DNA of 39,148 bases, taken from IMG/VR virus record IMGVR_UViG_2534681836_000019; one strand, given 5' to 3'. How positions within the stretch are numbered: position 1 is the stretch's first letter; every line of letters begins with the position of its first letter. Shown here in pieces: positions 34,207 to 39,148 of this stretch. The notes under the pieces were generated by a model that saw only the letters and a program-made list of their open reading frames with translations, ran no database searches and was not told where the DNA came from. This DNA is from a virus. Its lineage: Duplodnaviria > Heunggongvirae > Uroviricota > Caudoviricetes. The position numbers were made by a program, and so were the translations under genes.

Positions 34207-35415
34207 ATGTCTTACAATCGACAGCCTGTCGCAGAAGATCCTATGCAGATATGGGGCGCTGTTGGTGTCCTTCTTATCCTGCTGCTATTCGTTATATGGT
34301 TATTCTTGCCGGAAGTGGTTTACGCCAGCTGCCTGATTCTTCATACCTTATGGGGACTGGTTGACTGGGGACCATTTCATAACTATGCAGCACCACGATA
34401 CAACCTGCTTGCCATGACCGGTAACAACGCCGCCAACATAAGCTATAGCCAGTGGGTTAACGTCATGGAGCAGACCATAGGTATTCTGTGGATGTACCTC
34501 TTACCTGTGACACTCTGGTGTTTGTGGGAGTGGTATCAACATCCGGGACAAAGTCGTTTCACCCGCAGACCAGTAGATATTACCCGACTGCCACACATCT
34601 TTGCTTCGTTGTCCCCTGCTATCGCCCCTGTACTGGCAGATGGTGATCCGGAAAAACTCTTTCATGGTGGCAAACGACCTGAACGGCGGGTTGCTCTCAC
34701 CCCGGAAGCATTTGTCGAGCAGCATACTCTCATCACCAATATGCAGCTCGATGTTGCAGCTGCAAGACGATGTTTCATGGCCCAGTTGGGTAAACCTTTA
34801 ACGTCCTGGAAAGACATGGCACCACATGAAAAAGCGCTCTTTGCCATATTTGGTCTTCAGTATTTCCTGGATGATCGTAAGGCAGCATTAAAGCTCATGG
34901 ATACACTGAACCTCTCATGCAGAATTAAAAGCAAACGGGACAGTGGGAAATTCTGTACCCCTGTTTATTCACTGGCCAAATCAGCTTTCCAGAGAGTGAT
35001 TAAAAGCAACGGAGCACAGCAATGGCTGAAACAACATCGCTACGTCCGCAGTGGGCTGGTCTGGCTGTATGCACATGACCTGCGGCTTACGCCACCCAAC
35101 TGGATTTGGCTGAAAGGCGTGGACAGGACGCTGTTTTATGCATTACACCGCGCCAATACCACGAAAGGATTTATTGAAGGCGCTGGCGTGGTGGCCGTTG
35201 CACGTGCAGAGGCCGAAGCCATGCGTTTTGGTCTTCCCTGCCCTGAACCCTGTGTTGATGAAGCGGTGGAAGGCTTACGGCGGGATATGCTCAGTCTCGG
35301 TCTTATCTGGGATGAACCACAACCAGATCGCGACCGGAAACGCCGCATCCTGACCAACTGGTCCCTCACCGACGACATCCTACCCCGCACACCTGCTACA
35401 GACAACGAATTCTGA
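34207..35415 (+). CDS. trbA: TrbA-like inner membrane protein (DotM/IcmP-like type IVB coupling complex component)
   Basis: 402-aa ORF with N-terminal transmembrane helices; first of three translationally coupled genes whose sizes (402/356/763 aa) match R64 trbABC as recalled. Confidence 0.6.
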   Translation: MSYNRQPVAEDPMQIWGAVGVLLILLLFVIWLFLPEVVYASCLILHTLWGLVDWGPFHNYAAPRYNLLAMTGNNAANISYSQWVNVMEQTIGILWMYLLPVTLWCLWEWYQHPGQSRFTRRPVDITRLPHIFASLSPAIAPVLADGDPEKLFHGGKRPERRVALTPEAFVEQHTLITNMQLDVAAARRCFMAQLGKPLTSWKDMAPHEKALFAIFGLQYFLDDRKAALKLMDTLNLSCRIKSKRDSGKFCTPVYSLAKSAFQRVIKSNGAQQWLKQHRYVRSGLVWLYAHDLRLTPPNWIWLKGVDRTLFYALHRANTTKGFIEGAGVVAVARAEAEAMRFGLPCPEPCVDEAVEGLRRDMLSLGLIWDEPQPDRDRKRRILTNWSLTDDILPRTPATDNEF

Positions 35416-35433
35416 TTATCCGGAGAACTGAAA

Positions 35434-36504
35434 ATGACAATCGAGTACTTTGCAACACGCATTGCAAAACATATTTCCGTGCAGGCAATCTGGCCGGATG
35501 GCAGGACAGAAATTATTGCCGTCCTTCCACGGGATGCCCTGTCAGGGCTGGTAACACGAAATAATCAACTGATTCATATAGCCTTTGACGCCATGGGCAC
35601 CCGTAACAGAGAAACCGTCCTGATTGATAAACAGGAGCATAACGCTGACCAGATACTTACAGCTATTGATTCCTGCCTGCGCCTTGAATATCTGATGGAA
35701 CGCCGCTTCAGCAGAACACCTTTGTTCCGTGGCATAATCGCCAGCGTTGTGCTGTTCGTAATGGCAACGATTGGCTTCTCTCTGTTCCGCTATGTTGATC
35801 GTGTATTCTGGGATGATACAACGCCTGAAGCAGTACAGACAGCAGGTGAGCCACGACTGCTTCCCCCTCACCTGAATCACACTGTGCCATTAAATGAAGG
35901 CATTCAACTCCCGGTTCCCCCGAAAAAAGACGTCCAGGTACCGGAGAAAACAATCACAAGCAAAAATCCGGAAGCCGCAGCTGCGCGACATAATCTGGCT
36001 ACTGTTCTGAAGCGGAACGCCGATCGGGGCATGTTTACCATCAACCTGTCATCCGGTCATGAACGAACCCTGTTCGCATTTCTCGATCCTGCCTGTCCTA
36101 ACTGCAGACTTCTGGAGCCGGCCTTAAAACGCCTGGCCAGCGACTTCAATGTCGTTATCTACCCGGTTTCAGTTATTGGTGGAGAGGAATCCACCGACCG
36201 TGTGGCACCACTGCTGTGTGAAAAAGATGCTCAGAAACGTGCTGCCAGCTGGCACCGACTGTATTCCGCAGATAACGGAATGATGACGCCATCAGAAGAA
36301 ACAACGCCTGCAGATGAAACATGCCTGAAAGCAGCCAGAGCTGCGATTGATGTTAACAATGTCGCCTTCCGTAAGTTCGGATTTGCCGGTACCCCATGGG
36401 TGCTGTCCGACACGGGCTGGCATCTGCCTACTGGAATTCTGCAGGAAACTGGCACGCTTAATTTATTCCTGAAAACCACCGACAGCGAGTCTGGCCATGA
36501 GTGA
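35434..36504 (+). CDS. trbB: TrbB-like thioredoxin-fold protein (DsbC-like thiol:disulfide interchange)
   Basis: 356-aa ORF with central transmembrane segment and CxxC active-site motif (FLDPACPNC); stop overlaps trbC start. Confidence 0.65.
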   Translation: MTIEYFATRIAKHISVQAIWPDGRTEIIAVLPRDALSGLVTRNNQLIHIAFDAMGTRNRETVLIDKQEHNADQILTAIDSCLRLEYLMERRFSRTPLFRGIIASVVLFVMATIGFSLFRYVDRVFWDDTTPEAVQTAGEPRLLPPHLNHTVPLNEGIQLPVPPKKDVQVPEKTITSKNPEAAAARHNLATVLKRNADRGMFTINLSSGHERTLFAFLDPACPNCRLLEPALKRLASDFNVVIYPVSVIGGEESTDRVAPLLCEKDAQKRAASWHRLYSADNGMMTPSEETTPADETCLKAARAAIDVNNVAFRKFGFAGTPWVLSDTGWHLPTGILQETGTLNLFLKTTDSESGHE

Positions 36505-38788
36505 ACATCGCGTTAACCCCGAGCTTTTACACCGTACAGCCTGGGGAAATCCTGTCTGGAATGCACTCCAGAGTCTCAATATCTATGGCTTTTACCTGGT
36601 GGCAAGTCTTGTGGCCAGTTTTATCTGGCCACTTGCATTACCGGCATGTCTGTTGTTCACACTGATAACGATGCTGGTATTTAGTCTGCAGCGATGGCGC
36701 TGCCCTCTTCGTATGCCCATGACGCTGGAATGTGCTGACCCGTCACAGGACAGAATGATTAAAAGAAGTCTTTTCAGCTTCTGGCCAACCCTGTTCCAGT
36801 ATGAGGTCATTCTGGAATCACCGGCCAGCGGCATATTCTATGTTGGTTATCAACGCGTCAGGGATATTGGCAGGGAGTTATGGCTGAGTATGGACGATCT
36901 GACCCGCCATATAATGTTTTTCGCCACCACCGGTGGCGGTAAAACGGAAACCATCTTTGCCTGGGCGATTAACCCACTTTGCTGGGCAAGAGGATTCACC
37001 CTTGTCGATGGCAAGGCACAGAATGATACGGCAAGAACGATCTGGTATCTGGCCAGACGCTTTGGACGTGAAGACGATGTGGAAGTCATTAACTTCATGA
37101 ACGGAGGAAAATCCCGCAGTGAAATCATTCTGAGTGGTGAAAAAACGCGTCCTCAGTCAAATACCTGGAATCCCTTCTGTTACAGCACTGAGGCATTCAC
37201 AGCGGAGACAATGCAGTCAATGCTGCCCCAGAACGTCCAGGGGGGCGAGTGGCAGTCCCGGGCCATTGCCATGAATAAGGCACTGGTATTTGGTACTAAA
37301 TTCTGGTGTGTGCGCGAAGGCAAAACAATGTCGCTGCAGATGCTCCGTGAACATATGACTCTCGAAGGGATGGCCAAACTTTACTGTCGTGGCCTCGATG
37401 ATCAGTGGCCGGAAGAAGCTATCGCACCGTTACGTAACTACCTTCAGGACGTTCCCGGTTTCGACCTGTCGCTGGTCAGGACACCATCAGCCTGGACGGA
37501 AGAACCCAGAAAACAACATGCTTATCTCTCCGGGCAGTTTTCTGAAACTTTCAGCACATTCACGGAAGCATTCGGGGATATTTTTGCTGAAGATTCCGGT
37601 GATATCGATATCCGTGACAGCATTCACAGCGACAGGATTCTGATGGTAATGATCCCCGCTCTGGATACATCAGCGCATACAACGTCTGCTCTTGGACGAA
37701 TGTTTATCACCCAGAAAAGTATGATTCTCGCCCGTGATTTGGGCTACCGCCTCGAAGGAACTGATTCCGATGCACTGGAAGTCAAAAAATATAAGGGGCG
37801 TTTCCCTTATCTGTGTTTCCTTGATGAAGTGGGGGCATACTATACGGACCGTATTGCTGTGGAAGCCACTCAGGTGCGTTCACTGGATTTTGCTCTGATT
37901 TTGATGGCACAGGACCAGGAACGTATAGAAGGACAGACAACAGCCACGAATACTGCAACACTGATGCAGAACACGGGGACAAAATTTGCCGGCAGGATTG
38001 TCAGCGAGGGTAGTACAGCCAGAACGCTGAAAAGCGCCGCCGGTGAAGAAGCCAGGGCGAGAATGAACAACCTACAGCGTCAGGACGGCATATTTGGTGA
38101 ATCATGGATTGACAGCCCACAAATCAGCATCCTAATGGAAAGCAAGATAAATGTTCAGGAGTTGATTGAACTTCATCCTGGCGAGTTCTTTTCTATTTTC
38201 CGGGGAGAAACCGTACCATCAGCATCATTCTTCATCCCTGACGATGAGAAAAGCTGCAGCAGCGATCCCGTGGTTATAAACAGGTATATCAGCGTGGATG
38301 CGCCACGCCTGGACCGTCTCCGCCGTCTTGTTCCCCGTACTACTCAACGTCGAATACCGTCACCGGAAAATGTCAGTGCCATCATTGGCGTCCTGACTGC
38401 AAAACCCTCCAGAAAAAGACGAAAAATTCGCACAGAGCCGCACACGATCGTGGATACATTCCAGCAACGCATTGCAGGACGTCAGGCGGCTATGGCAATG
38501 CTGGAAGAGTACGACACGGATATCAACGCACGTGAAAGTGCCTTGTGGGAAACAGCGGTGAATACGCTAAAAACGACCACACGGGAAGATCGACGAATTC
38601 GCTATATCACGCTGAACAGACCAGAACTACCTGAAACAAAAGAGGAAAATCAGATATCAGTGAGAGCAGAAAGAGCAGGTATAAACCTGTTAACGCTTCC
38701 ACAGGACAATAACCACCCGACAGGGCGTCCTGTAAACGGGTTTCATCATAAAAAAACCAACCGTCCGGACTGGGACGGAATGTACTGA
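36497..38788 (+). CDS. trbC: TrbC-like type IV coupling protein ATPase (DotL/IcmO, VirD4/TraG family)
   Basis: 763-aa ORF; N-terminal transmembrane helices, Walker A FFATTGGGKTE, Walker B-like LCFLDEVG. Confidence 0.7.
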   Translation: MSEHRVNPELLHRTAWGNPVWNALQSLNIYGFYLVASLVASFIWPLALPACLLFTLITMLVFSLQRWRCPLRMPMTLECADPSQDRMIKRSLFSFWPTLFQYEVILESPASGIFYVGYQRVRDIGRELWLSMDDLTRHIMFFATTGGGKTETIFAWAINPLCWARGFTLVDGKAQNDTARTIWYLARRFGREDDVEVINFMNGGKSRSEIILSGEKTRPQSNTWNPFCYSTEAFTAETMQSMLPQNVQGGEWQSRAIAMNKALVFGTKFWCVREGKTMSLQMLREHMTLEGMAKLYCRGLDDQWPEEAIAPLRNYLQDVPGFDLSLVRTPSAWTEEPRKQHAYLSGQFSETFSTFTEAFGDIFAEDSGDIDIRDSIHSDRILMVMIPALDTSAHTTSALGRMFITQKSMILARDLGYRLEGTDSDALEVKKYKGRFPYLCFLDEVGAYYTDRIAVEATQVRSLDFALILMAQDQERIEGQTTATNTATLMQNTGTKFAGRIVSEGSTARTLKSAAGEEARARMNNLQRQDGIFGESWIDSPQISILMESKINVQELIELHPGEFFSIFRGETVPSASFFIPDDEKSCSSDPVVINRYISVDAPRLDRLRRLVPRTTQRRIPSPENVSAIIGVLTAKPSRKRRKIRTEPHTIVDTFQQRIAGRQAAMAMLEEYDTDINARESALWETAVNTLKTTTREDRRIRYITLNRPELPETKEENQISVRAERAGINLLTLPQDNNHPTGRPVNGFHHKKTNRPDWDGMY

Positions 38789-38858
38789 ACAGTGGCCGCG
38801 CCGGATTCGAACAAACGCAACTATTGCACAGTTCTAAACCTGACTGCCCCTTAGCCAG

Positions 38859-39148
38859 TAGACTGGCCCCCTGAATCTCCAGACAACCAGTATCACTTAT
38901 TTAAGTGATAGTCTTAATACTAGTTTTTAGACTAGTCATTGGAGAGCAGATGATTGATGTCTTAGGACCGGAGAAACGCAGACGGCGTACCACACAGGAA
39001 AAGATCGCAATTGTTCAGCAGAGCTTTGAACCAGGGATGACGGTCTCCCTCGTTGCCCGGCAACATGGTGTAGCAGCCAGCCAGTTATTTCTCTGGCGTA
39101 AGCAATACCAGGAAGGAAGTCTTACTGCTGTCGCCGCCGGAGAACAGG
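38859..39148 (+). mobile_element. IS2 left end (partial; continues beyond window end)
   Basis: TAGACTGGCCCCCTGAATCTCCAGACAACC... matches the IS2 terminal inverted repeat region as recalled, followed by the insC start. Confidence 0.85.
38950..39148 (+). CDS. insC: IS2 transposase OrfA (InsC), partial
   Basis: [66 protein letters not shown], truncated by window end. Confidence 0.85.

Noticed and set aside
34207-38788. Possibility that the three-gene block is a novel phage defence or secretion system
   Set aside because: Gene sizes, order, translational coupling, CxxC thioredoxin motif and Walker A/B ATPase with N-terminal TM helices fit the known IncI1-type trbABC (DotM/DsbC-like/DotL) module better than an undescribed system.
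38789-38858. tRNA T-arm-like motif (GTTCGAATCCGGCGCGGCCA on the minus strand) between trbC and IS2
   Set aside because: Only the T-loop-like segment is present; no acceptor/D/anticodon arms can be folded and CCA is not followed by a proper discriminator context. Could be a relic of a tRNA-associated att site, but evidence is too thin.

Overview
This window is mostly the late region of a lambda-like (cos-packaging) prophage of the E. coli Qin/DLP12 type, read on the minus strand, followed by an IS-disrupted junction and a plasmid-type conjugation gene cluster. Minus strand, right to left: antiterminator Q, a phage-21-type lysis cassette (pinholin, YdfR-like ORF, SAR endolysin, Rz with embedded Rz1) interleaved with cold-shock paralogs and small accessory ORFs, a lambda-like cos site, terminase Nu1/A, W, portal, a ClpP-like protease/major capsid fusion, head-tail joining proteins, the lambda-like tail genes Z-U-V-G/T-H-M-L-K-I-J, lom, and a side tail fiber gene that runs off the window start. 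To the right of Q lie a DUF968 protein, rem-like ORF, the relB-relE-hokD toxin-antitoxin operon and flxA. The prophage then ends abruptly at a frameshifted rve-type transposase remnant, followed by a three-gene trbA-trbB-trbC-like module (DotM-like, DsbC-like, DotL/VirD4-like coupling ATPase) and the left end of IS2. I found no clearly novel system. The most notable features are the IS-bounded conjugation-gene fragment next to the prophage, and a recurring pattern of single-base frameshifts that break otherwise conserved genes (J, gnsB-like, flxA, cspF-like, transposase), which points to homopolymer sequencing errors or a decaying element. All calls are from manual reading and recalled homology; no searches were run.
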